Source of the DNA: Balanoglossus misakiensis
Lineage: Eukaryota > Animalia > Hemichordata
Assembly (NCBI GenBank): GCA_040954595.2
Contig: CM082584.2
Location: 9,691,061 to 9,755,060 of the forward strand
Length of the DNA: 64,000 nt
Reading direction: 5' to 3'
The notes beneath the pieces were generated by a model. It made no database searches. It saw only the letters and a program-made list of their open reading frames with translations, and was not told the DNA's origin. A program made the translations under genes and the position numbers. Within the stretch, counting starts at the first letter, position 1; every line of letters starts with the position of its first letter. This document shows, piece after piece, positions 27,401-38,883 of the stretch.

Positions 27401-29208
27401 GGTAGTTTATCAACAAGCTTCATGATACATTAGTATATACACATTCAAAATCAAACCACCACCCTCACATAAACTAATGCATTTGGCCCGGACACAGCCT
27501 CTGCTCATTTGTACACTGTCATTAAAATTGATTTCTAATTAAATGCCTGTGAACTGGGGTCTAATTAACTGACATTAATTAAGGTCACCAGATTGCTTTT
27601 AAATAGGATATTATGGGGTTCACATTGGAGAGTTAATTGTTTGCACTGAGCACAGTAGGTACATGTGTAGGTTTTTAACTCGGGCAAAACATAACCAATG
27701 TGAACGCGATCACTACATGGGACCATGCAGAGCTGGGCTAACTTCCCGCGATGGTTGCGGTAACATATCGGTATTTGTGTGGATCACAGTTAACTGAAAC
27801 ACAAAAATTGTGCATTATTATTGGTTTTAAGTATAATAAATTGACTGAGTATAGCGGAGTGTTATGTCACATGGCTTTATTTTAGAAGACAATCTACTCC
27901 AAAAAACTTTGTATTTGCCACACAATGAAAGGGTTTCAACGTTACATAAGTATAAAAGTTGAGTTCAACAAAGGGGCTGCACAATGTTGTTTTTGTGCAC
28001 TGGTGGTAAATAATGCCAGATATTTTTAGAAATGGTTCACCCTGGACATTTTTCCTGTTTTCATGGTAATTGAGACAAGTATCACGGTACACACAAGCCG
28101 CATATCACATCACATCCCCATAAAGCCGGAAAACAAAATCTGTCGAAAACAGAAATATTGTCCACACTGTAAGTGCTTTGTCAACAAGTACAAGAGAGTG
28201 ATCTAAACCACATCTACGCAGTAAACACCCTGTACAATACAAAACCAAGGAATTTTAAGTACCACCGGTGTTTTTGGCAAAAGCAGGGGTTTGAAATAAT
28301 CTGACTCTGTATTAGAGAATGTGATAGACTGGTTTTAGCACTTCCCCTGTACGACCACAGTTTTCACTCAGTCACAGACCCTACTCAAGTGCCCTATCCT
28401 TCGAACGAAGCCAAGCCAAGCTCAGCTACGAAAGTTCAGTAGTTGATGAACATCAACATTGGTTTCCCAACAACTGCAAGCATACATATACTAGACAGTA
28501 CTGTCAATGCTGCCAGCTGTTCAAAATGTCCCCTCAACAACCACTGGAATCCCATTACTAGTACCTCTAAGAATAAGAATTACATGCTCTCAACACCCAG
28601 ATTTAATGTAATCCCGGCTGGTGCTAATTAGCCAATTACTAAGCCATTCCATTCAGTAATTTGCAAAAACACTTAATTAATTTCATGTTGAGACGGGCTG
28701 AGAGTCAGCTCAATTTTTTCCTATACAGCAACTACCAATTTTAACAAAGTCTCTCAGTCTCTGCCAACATTGCTGGTTATAGACTGAATTTGTGTCTGGC
28801 AGTGAGAGTTATAGAGTCTTTGTGTAGAAGTCTTCAACAGTGCATACATATTTTTGTTTTTACATGCTGCTATAAAAGCTGGTTACTGATTGGTTGGTGG
28901 TCTGCTGCTACAGCCGAAACGGCCAATCACAATAGCTGTTGTCTTACCTGAGGGGAAAGTGTACCAACTCTCTGCGTGATTGGCTCATTCACAATCACTT
29001 CCACTTTGCACTCTTCCTCCGGGCTTTGGATGTGGAAAGTCAGATCCGCCGGCTCCAGAAATGCTGTCCGACCAATCGGAACAGTCAGCCCATTGTTGAC
29101 AGCTACAAGTTGGCCAATCACAGGGGGTGTTATATATGCGCAGGCAAGTCCGATCAACAGTGACTGCAGCAGTAGATACATTGTGATGAAAGAGTTTCTT
29201 CTGAGCAT
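18416..29208 (-). CDS. FREM1: FRAS1-related extracellular matrix protein 1 (signal peptide, NV domain, CSPG repeats, one Calx-beta, C-terminal C-type lectin), ~2090 aa, 10 coding exons
   Basis: Exons: 29208-28948, 26150-23926, 23784-21187, 21006-20654, 20488-20316, ~20182-20045, 19862-19712, 19470-19386, 19174-19089, 18618-18416; phases are consistent. Peptides: [27 protein letters not shown], CSPG repeats (FTQxDV..G.I.Y.H, PVDDEPP), Calx-beta IVDDGLEEDEEKFRVSL, CTLD WIGLNDKYMEDQWEW. A single Calx-beta plus a CTLD distinguishes FREM1 from FREM2/3 and FRAS1. Confidence 0.93.
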
Positions 29209-31381
29209 GTACCGATCACCACATCATATCCATTGCTTCAAGTGGACAGTCTGTAATATCATTGTGAAAATTATATTTTATTGCAGTTTGTAATAAATAT
29301 GAATTATATCTATCACAATATAAAAAATATGGATGTGAATACTGAATGAAGTTCCAGCAATATACAATCTATTCATTTGCTGTTTGTGAAAGTTGTCGAA
29401 CTTGAAGTTATATTGAGTGAGATATCACCATGGTTTAGTTTTCCTTGGAATACTGCCTGCTTTTTGTCAATTTTCCCCCAAAGTCTCACGGAATCACAAG
29501 GACACTTATGCTGATAGGCGCCAGGTTTGTAAATGGTCCATCAAATCTGGGAATGCCATTTTCAACATTCTTCTGTAGTTCATGATCATCTCATTAAAAG
29601 AGGTGCCATTCTTGAACCGATCGGATCATTCTCGTGCTGATCACGCAGCGCGGCATGCTGGTAGTGTCGCCGTAATTGGATTTGAAAGGTCATGCGCGAA
29701 AGTGATTTGAAAATCTAATCCATGATACCGACTTTGAATTCTCTCCTTGGATTTTAAGTTCCCAGCACTCAAGGATCGACCTGCCGATGGGGTTTTAGTT
29801 TATTTTGAGATCAGTAGCACTGGAGGAAAGATGAGAAGTCAGAGTTTATACAGAAGTCGCCCCGGTTTACAATAACAAATGTTGGGAATATAAACATGGA
29901 CATACACCAAAATAAAAAAGTTCAAATTTATGAGCTTGGCCGATGAGATTAATTCCCCCATCATGTTCTGTATCCAATTTCATTCAAACAAAAATACTAA
30001 TGATCAAATAATGGGCCTTTTCACTGCGTCTTTTAGCAAATTTAAAGGATGAATGCAGACGCTGGTAATATCAGCTGCGAGTTTTGAAAAAGAATATCTC
30101 ATTAGGTCTATCAAATTTTATGCTCTGCAGTCAAACAGCTGTTGGAGGAGATTAAACTGGGGACCCATATCCGTGTTGGAACGTGACTTAAATTTCCAAC
30201 CTTCGGCAAAGCGTGAGGAAACTTTCTCATACTTACTCGTCCAGTTTTCATACATCTATCATGCTTTGTAAAAGTTAAAAAAAGTATCATTACTTGCCTG
30301 GCAACTTTGTCAGATCATCAGAGGAGCCACTGCACTTGCGACCTGCCAGATGCCATTGTCAGTGGTAGACTGCGTCTCTCATTCGACTGTCTCCGCAGTC
30401 CGCCCTTGAAGTGAAAAAAAAAAGAACCATACGTCAGCAACAGCTGTGTGTAGTGACTTTGCACTGGACAGTTTACATTCGGTGCAATAGGCGTCTTTTT
30501 TTTCCAGAAAGGAAAAAAAAACCCTGGGGCCAGCAATCAGAGACAGATTGCCTCGTATCAATAACACATCAACTTCTAACCTTGCGCACAAGCCCAGCGG
30601 AGTCTCAAGCACGCCCAATCAGCTTCCACCAGAATGTTTTACAATTAGGCTCTAATTAATGTCCAGAGACATGTTCTTTGAACTGCTGGGGTTGTTTAGA
30701 CTGGCGACCCCTGACACGCAGACATTCCTCACTGGGGAAAGTATATTCAATTATGGAGCATTTAGCGGGGAATTCAGTCTTGCAGTTACAGACTACACTC
30801 TAATTTGAACCACTCACAGATTTACACTTCAATGACAAGAAGATTAGCCATTGTCAGATAACCCTTCCCTGCTTTCCACCCTCTGCCTTCATAAATTTAC
30901 TCCCCCCCCCCCCATTGTTGAAATGGACACTGTTAGATTAAACATTTCCCCTAAGTTTAAAATCAAAAAGAGTCAAATATTTTTAGCTCTTTCAATGAGC
31001 AAAGTGCAATTATCTGAAAGTCCTGTCAAAAATTATTCGGTTAGAGAGTCATATCATCAGTTTTAGGACATTTAAGTTGCAGGACCGAACGGTAGCTTGA
31101 GGCTTACTCAGCTCCGCGGTGTTGATGGCACATTGAGAAACGCGTCTACGTCTGGTTTTGTCGTCTACCCCCCCCCCCCTCCGCCCCCCCCCCCCGGACA
31201 TGAACGCCCTTGAGCAGCATGTTATGCCCCGTTGCTTTGGAGACGATGAACTTTTCTTTGAAGCGATAACATTCTTTCTAGGCAGTAGAACTACAACTGC
31301 ACTCAAACCACAACAGTAATGCATTACAATACAACACCACGAGAGAGAACGCATACAGATTTCCTATGGTCGTGTACTTAC

Positions 31382-31615
31382 ACTCACAGCCAACTTCGTT
31401 GCTGAGTAGCTTGTGGTCAGTCGAACTAGCACTAAATCCCTGTTGAGCAGAGGTCACTTGTCGGCTGTCACTACTTTGTCAACACATTTCCAAGTTAACG
31501 CATATCTGCATTTATCTTGGACAGTTTTACTGGCGCTGCAGTCAACCACAGCAGTGCACTAGGGGAGGGACTGTGAGGAGTAGAGCTCCGGGGGTGCCTC
31601 TCATAACTTATATAT
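31382..31615 (-). promoter_or_regulatory. Putative FREM1 core promoter (TATA) and non-coding first exon
   Basis: Minus-strand TATATAAG at ~31614-31607. A GTAAGT donor lies at 31381-31376, and there is an acceptor near 29251 upstream of the FREM1 ATG. Confidence 0.4.
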
Positions 31616-32565
31616 TGTTACGGGGGTGTAGTAGCCTACTGGCTCTCGTTTTGTTTTCCCCTTCTCGTTTTCAATTCGCAAGTAGTGGAGACATCTGAGT
31701 GCCGGTCAAATATTGATAATTGTGGGAAATTGCTATAATTGATTAAATAAATCATTAACTAATCAATTAACTGGTGAAACAGCTGGTTTAGAGCCGCAGT
31801 CCAGCAGGACGTTCTAACGCGGACTTACGCGCATTTCAGTATCACACGGTCTTGGAGCAAGACTATATTGCGCCCACAAGCGACGAAGCAGCGAATTTCG
31901 ATATGCTATCCAATATTCCGCCCATGAGAACTATAATATCATATTTTCTTTCAAAGTCTCATTATATTCTGGCCGATTCCTGGATTAAACGAACTTCTCA
32001 GCTAGCTGGCGACCACAGTATCCACGGGATCATGAACCACATAGTAGATGGCAACGGCCAAGACGAGCACTATCATCGCGCAGCAGGCCATCTTCTTATG
32101 GTTGTTGTCATCGTAACCTGGAAGACGGCAATTGTAATACCAGTAAGACAGTTTGCCGCGCACGCACGAATCTGTTTATTTTGGTGACTATTAAAGTCGC
32201 ACTGTCGGTCAAACTTGACAGTACATTGATTTTTTGAATGCGTCCGTTTCGAATGAGCACTTGATTCGCCATTTCTAGAAATGTAACGAAACATCCCATG
32301 CATAAATTGTACAGCTCTTGTCATACAAGAAATATGCTCATTCCACCTCACACACTTACCAGTGTCAGTGATATCCCACTTTCTGCTTGATAACATGTCT
32401 AGATCGGAATGAACCAGGGACTGCACATCAGCCACGGGAATTCCTGGTGGACAATATCGATAAGAGTGACAACATACAACGTTGAATTATTTTATGAAAC
32501 ATGCTAACGCCAGTCTGCGCCAAACCTTGGACTAATTAATGGATGCTGTTTGGCACAGCGCACGT

Positions 32566-32840
32566 CTAATTAGAATTTAGAAAAAGATTCGTACCATCCT
32601 CATCTGAAGATGAATCGCTTTCACTCTCTCTGAATTCACGTCTTGGGGCAGGCCTCCCTCGATTACTCTCATCGTCGGCTTCCTACAAAATGCACATGCC
32701 AAACAAAATTAAAAGACATGTAAAAGAACTTCTATACACATTTCTTCGGATAGGGCCGTCGTCGTCATCATCGTCGTTGTATTCGTCGTCGTCGCCATCA
32801 TCATCATCATCATCATCATCACCATCATCACCATCACCAC

Positions 32841-32884
<44 letters not shown>

Positions 32885-34990
32885 CATATTTACAAACCTC
32901 AAATCTCCTCCTGTATGCAAGAATTTCCGTTTCTGGGGTTCCAAGAAGTAAACATACATCGGGCAACTGCTGTTTGATTCTACCCCAATCTGGACTGTGC
33001 GTTTTGCCACTTCTCCAGAGCCGTTCCTCCATTTCCAGGGCCTTGACTAGATGCTGTTTCGATTTGCTGTATTGTTCTAAGTCCATATAAATCATGCCGA
33101 CGGTGTAAATACTTCTGACTGTGTTCGGTGCATCTCCGAGCAACTGATTGCGTCCTTTCATGGCTGTTATAGCGTATGACAGGGCGTCATCGAGTCTGAA
33201 AATGACAAGGATTGGTATTTTTTTATTGTATAGATTTACAAGGTTTGGCAGTTATCTGAAAGTCACTATAATCATGAAGTGCAGAATAATATTTGTTTTA
33301 CCTGTTCAGTCTTCGATATGACGTTGCAATATTCTTCATAATTTGGCACGATTTTTGGGTACTTGACATGTTCAAATCGCTCAGAACCTTCAGTGCATAC
33401 TTGTAGAGTGTCACCGCCCTATCATAGTTGTGGAGATCATGGTGATACGCCGCCAAATTCTGTATCATGGACGGGATTTCATAGTGCAAGTCTGAACCCG
33501 TTATCCCTCTCAGCAAATCCCATCCCTCAACCCCGTACTGAAGTGCTTTCTTGACCACAGACGGCTCGATTGTTGTTCTGGAAGCGTCGAATGCAGACCT
33601 GTAGGTTGCTAAACCGAGTGAGGTTAACAGGATGGCTTTCGGGTACCCCTCTTCTGGAAATTGCTGAAATATTTGCAGAGATTTGCGTAACCATAGCAGC
33701 GCTTCTCGTGGTTCCTGCCTTTCGTGGTATATGTCCCCCATGCAGTGATAGCACCGAGCTAACGCCACCCTCGTTTCTTTGCATTCCTGGTCCCGCACAT
33801 CTGCCAGGGCTGCTATTGGTTCTTCCACCATCGGCCTAAGTGTACCCACTGGATAACCTCTGAAGAGCAGCTGCATCACTTCCAGACACCTTAGCACAGC
33901 AAACTTTGCAATGTTACCACGCTTCCTTTCTGCCAGACATCTCTTGTGAACATAATCGTACCTCTCCTTGCTGTTGAAAAGGATATCCAGGAGGTCCGGG
34001 ACTTCTGTCGATTCCGGAACTTCAACATCTGCTCTGTCAGCGATTAAGCCAAGAACATGGCGGAAATTGGTCGCATCTTCATCTTTCTGTCTAGTCGCCC
34101 TCCTCTGATCTACAGAAATGAGCTTGTTCAATCGCCTCATCTTCTTCATGTAGTATGTAATATATCTTTTTTCCGCTTCTTCGCGGTGCCGTCGATATTT
34201 TCCATCCTCGTTAATCTTAATGTCACCCATAAATGTGCGAATCAGAGAGTGGATTGAGTATCTGTGGGCATACTTCGTGGATGATTCAATCAGCTCACTG
34301 ATCCCAACCAGGTTTTTCTTCTGTAGTATCCGGATCTTGTTCTTGGCACGGAACATGCCGACGTCGTTACCCCGGTGCACGCCAAGGATTGAGGCTGCTG
34401 CCTCTATCGTAAATGTGCCAGGTACAACTGTCAACATTATGAGGTCCTTGAGGAGATCGTCCTTGAGGACGGAGATCACCTGGCGGAATCCAGCTTCAAT
34501 GTTACGGTCCACAGTCAGTCCCCCATCGCACAGGATCTCCAGGGTTTCCGCGGGGTTCGCCTCCAAGCTTTTCACGACCTCTTTGACTTTGACCGTTGGA
34601 TCAACAAGACACCCGACGATCAACTTCATCAGCAGAGGGCACATCCCACACACTCGCCCAAGTCTTCGGGCATCCTCTTGGCTGAGATCTCTCTCCGAGC
34701 CGCAGTTTTGGATGTAGGCAACCGCATCCTCCAAATTCAAAGCATACTTGTCAGAGTCCAGCCGCACGACCAGGAATTCTTCCGCGTAACTTTCCTTCTG
34801 TTGATCACCAGTGTCGAGTCCAAATCGAGTTGTAATAATGAGCTTGATTTTTGGGTTGCATAAATCCGAGACACTCTCCAGGAAGTTGGTAAACTCCACT
34901 CTGAAAACATTGGTACTATCTCGATCGGGTTCCAATGGTTTATCCACATTGTCCAACCAAATGATCATCCTGGAGGCTGTGTGTGTAAGT

Positions 34991-35085
<95 letters not shown>

Positions 35086-35945
35086 TATAATGAGTTATTT
35101 CAGTACAGAGATATTCATTCAAAAATTTTTTTAAATCGGCATATATGCACTATCATGGTAAGATTCTCAAATAAACAAAACAGGATTGAGCATCTTGTCA
35201 CTCTGGGTCCAATATGACAATATGATCATTAGTATGTGCTAGCCATAGTCTGTATAGTTGAGGCTTATAGGATTAGGGCTACATATGCCTTACCTTTCCT
35301 GTAGGTTTTAATAAAGTTCACAAGATTAGCTCTGTTTTCCTGCGGACTGGCTTTCCCTGTTGGCAAGTCCAGGGAATCCATAATGGCCGGAATGATGTTG
35401 TCTGTGCTATCGATACCGTTCAGATCAACAGCGTGAACCTTCCAGGCGTTGCCCACAGCCCTGACACACACCTCCCTGGCTAGTCGCGTTTTCCCCATAC
35501 CGGGTAAGCCAGCAATGCAAACCCCTCCAATTCTAGCAGAACGGTGATGGGTCAGCCACTCTTCGATGTCTCGCACTGCGTCCTCCCTGCCCACAAAGGG
35601 CTCGAACTTCCCTGACCTGGTCAGGCATGTGCTGCCCAGACGCTGTACCTGCCGAGACCTGAATTCCTCAAACTCGTCGAGGTCTTTCACCAATACCGGG
35701 AAGACCTCATTCAGCAGATCCCGGAGAAGTTCGGTGTCGTCCTCACTGATCAAATTTTCTCTCGAGAGAATCATGAAGAGGTCGTCGTGGCCTTCGATTT
35801 GGTCTAGCTTGTCAGCCAGCCCCGGCATGTCATATTTATATCGTGTGTATACAAGTACCTTGATTTGGCGAACATCCTCGTCTGTGAATGACTTTGCATA
35901 GTAGTGCAGAAGAGACGACCATCGCCGACTGATTTCGCTTGTCAT
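32566..35945 (-). CDS. NLR-like STAND ATPase: N-terminal death effector domain (DED), NB-ARC, TPR repeats; 4 exons, ~913 aa
   Basis: Exons 35945-35294, 34976-33302, 33195-32898, 32682-32566 (2742 nt, open frame). DED-like N-terminus (FTDEDVRQIKVL..DLFMILSRENLISEDDTELLRDLL); FVGRE; Walker A GLPGMGKT; Walker B IIWLDNVD; sensor-1 LIITTR; GxP CGMCPLL; MHD-equivalent IHSL; TPRs (ARCYHCMGDIY..EALLWLRKSLQI, IQNLAAYHHDLHNYDRAVTLYKYAL, IYTVGMIYMDLEQYSKSKQHLVKALEM). Confidence 0.88.
32757..32884 (+). repeat. Compound (TCG/TCA/CCA)n trinucleotide microsatellite in intron 3 of the NLR-like gene
   Basis: Visible run of about 42 triplets. Confidence 0.95.
34995..35082 (+). repeat. (GA)44 microsatellite, read as (TC)44 on the gene strand, in intron 1 of the NLR-like gene
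   Basis: Perfect dinucleotide run ending 16 nt before the exon-2 acceptor AG (34978-34977). Confidence 0.97.
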
Positions 35946-37163
35946 TATTCAAACTTAATGTAATCAGCTAGACTTAATAAGTACTAGACGGCCCTCAAAA
36001 ATGAATCAAAGTGTTGATCATCATCATTTAATGTGGTTTGGTTGTATAGCAACGAACACACTTCCTGGTTGATCGGTCTGTCCTGACATGACCTACATAG
36101 TAGTAGTTCGCATTCAGCGCTAGCGCAGGTAAGGTTGTGATGCACAAGAAATATATGCATCTGGATGGGAGCCATGCAAGTAGCCTACACGTCCCACAGC
36201 CCATATGACTGTAGACAAACAGCAAAACCCCCCAGTTTAGCTGATACCAATGGTAAAAGAACTCAGCATGAGCAGTTCAGTTATGATTGCCAAAGTAATA
36301 TCTGACCTTCTACAGAGGGCGCTCTAACATTTGATGAAGGGTTAAAGGTCAAAAGTTTTCATCTCGTACTCGAGTTCATCCACGGTAAGTTCATATTATA
36401 CGTGCAATCTGACATATATTTTAGAATGTCCTGCTAAATCAGTAATTGTCCTGGCCCATAGAATTACTCCCTATCGTCCTTCTCCTCATTTTACTAACTA
36501 ATAAGAGTGGTGTGTCAATTAACGGAAACGTTATAGGAAAGATCGACGTTGGTGACATAATCGGGTCAGATTTCAAAGGTCTTTTTTGCAATCTGTATAT
36601 TTCTCTGAAAACGAACCAAACGCAGGCTACGAACGCGGGCCGGAGTCACTGTTGCTGCAATTACTGTCACTGCCATCGCTGGATTGCGACATTGACATGT
36701 ACTCTGCCGTCTCTACGTATGTCCAAGAAGTTCTCTGAGGCCAGGGGGCAAATCTGTGTCGCTATGACCTCTATCTCAAGTAGTTTGCTTTTTTGTCCTT
36801 AATCTGAAGATTACTTAATGACATAATGCCACCCGGAATGTATGATTTGTGAGAAAGGTAGTCCGACTTAGCTTGCCCCTTTTTACACGAATCTTTATCA
36901 GGAAAGCGAGATTTAAAATAAAACGAAATTGGTTTCAGTTTTACTTTTGGGCCTTAGATATGGATGCACACTTTTTTCCAGCACTGTTTTTACCCAGGGG
37001 GTTTCCATAGCAACAAAAATGCTGAGCCAAGGAAATGCATGAAAGATTTCTATGCAATTTTTGACATTATTTCCTCCCTTTTTTTTTTACATTTACTAAA
37101 GCTTGACAGTATAGACCAACTTTTGTTCGTTTTGTTGTTGGACTATACGCACTACAAAGCATC

Positions 37164-38533
37164 ATGGGTAATCCAATGACAAAGGCGATGGACGAGAACA
37201 TGAAAAAAAGCCAGGAATTTATGTTAAAAAATCAAAAAGCTACGGTGAGTGAATGTGATGTGTACAGTGTTACCTCTATTTATACAAAATAAGATATTTA
37301 GTCACTTCAAACATTCCATAAAAAGAAATATGATGTCTTTTTCGTCTCTGGTTTTCCATATACATGTACCACCAGTACAGTTTGTCACCGATTCTTTTGA
37401 AACTGTTCCACAATCACCTGAAGGATCAAGCATACAAATTATGCAGAAGCGGTCTCGGTGAAGCGCCATCCTGAGGCGGGACCACTCCTCTCGTCATGTC
37501 TTTCTTTTTTTTCCTCCCTGCAGCTGGAGAGACAGCTGATGATGCAGAACTTTATGCGAGAGCGCCAGATGTCCATGCAGATCGCCAGGGCCAGAGACTT
37601 ATTGCTTTGGTGGGGAAGTTTCTATGGCGTGACCTTCTTAGGATTAACAGCTCGGTGGGTGAACGCGGGTAATCTCTTAGAGCAGTGGATTGGAGTGTGC
37701 CCGAGATTGTGTGAAATGCCACAGGGGGTGTCACACACAACATGCAAAAGCACTTTGTTGGCTTCCAAATCCACTGCCTCGACCTCTTCAGCTGTATTAC
37801 CATTGAGGGCATGGAATAAACAGAATTTGAAGCCAGCTAAGGGTTATACAGGGCCTAGGGATTGGCTCAATCTCCCTTTGCTGTTCCGTGCACAGCTAAG
37901 ACACTGAGAATTCAAGGCACCTTTAAGTATTATTTTCATAAATTTACTTTTAACTAAAATTAAAGATTTTTTCATTTTTTTGTTCCACTAGGGCTTTAAA
38001 GACTAAAAGTCCTGGTTTCATTGCCCCGCTAGTGCCCTTGACTTTCATACTTGGTTATCAATATGACTTGGCCTATGGAACCAAGCTAGCAAGGATGAAA
38101 GGTAAGCTGTCATACAGTATGAACAGCAATAGATGTTAGTGTGTGTGATGAAGAAAAAAAAAACGAAAAACAAATGACAAGACCGAAGCTGGAGTCAAGT
38201 ACAGTTTTAATAGATAACATATCAAATTTTGGTTAGTGTGCACCAAATGTTGTGTGGGTGCAGTGCTGAACTGCAGCTATGTTGCAGCGCAGTTGCAGCA
38301 CTTGGTTTCTCATATACTGTAGTTACAACGCTCCAGGTTTTTTTTTCTGGTCGAGGACCATTAGCATCATAGCAGCAGACTCTACAACGAAATACTTTAA
38401 TCAATTTTTCCCCTGTATTGCAGATGAGGCGGAGAGTATATTGAAGAATGAGATATCACTGCTAGATCTCCCAGAGGGTATACCAACATTAGAACAAATA
38501 GACAAAGCTAGGGAAGCTTTTAGGTCCAAGTAG
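37164..38533 (+). CDS. PLGRKT: Plasminogen receptor with C-terminal lysine (Plg-RKT) ortholog, 4 coding exons, ~143 aa
   Basis: Exons 37164-37244, 37524-37654, 37992-38101, 38424-38533. Peptides: KAMDENMKKSQEFML, LERQLMMQNFMRERQMSMQIA, PLVPLTFILGYQYDLAYGT, RMKDEAESIL, LPEGIPTLEQIDKAR..RSK*. A non-coding exon probably ends at the GTAAGT donor near 36385. Confidence 0.94.
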
Positions 38534-38883
38534 ATACTCTGTTTGGTTTTCGCATAAAAGGGGGCAAAGTCTTTCGTCAAACGCTTGATACATGATTCCA
38601 ATGACATGTGGAAGAAAAACACGTATTGTATTTTCTGAACGGCTTTTTATCATGTGCTGTCACTATCAGGATATCATGACTAGGTTTGTCCATTGACAAC
38701 ACTTTGTAATATAATGATATGATTTTTCTAGTCAATGAAAACATCTTGTTACTATATGATGACCTTTCATTGGAAATTTGTGAAACTTGTAGAAAATATG
38801 ATAATTTTAAGATAATAAACCTTTTCCAAATACATCAGTTTTTGGGTAGAGTGTACATCACAAGGAAGTTCCCACACACAGGA

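Noticed and set aside
32709-32897. Poly-Met and poly-Ser ORF segments
   Set aside because: They translate an intronic trinucleotide microsatellite. The real exon ends at the GT donor at 32897 and splices in frame to 32682.
34240-34260. IHS in place of MHD as a sign of an autoactive NLR
   Set aside because: The third position is variable in TPR-associated NB-ARC proteins, so autoactivity cannot be inferred.
34940-35217. (RE)n and (SL)n ORFs
   Set aside because: Artefacts of the (GA)44 intronic microsatellite.
36446-36802. ORF with an amyloid/RHIM-like segment (GVSINGNVIGKIDVGDIIG) next to the NLR-like gene
   Set aside because: It starts at TTG with no ATG or splice support, lies in the probable first intron of PLGRKT, and lacks a true RHIM core.
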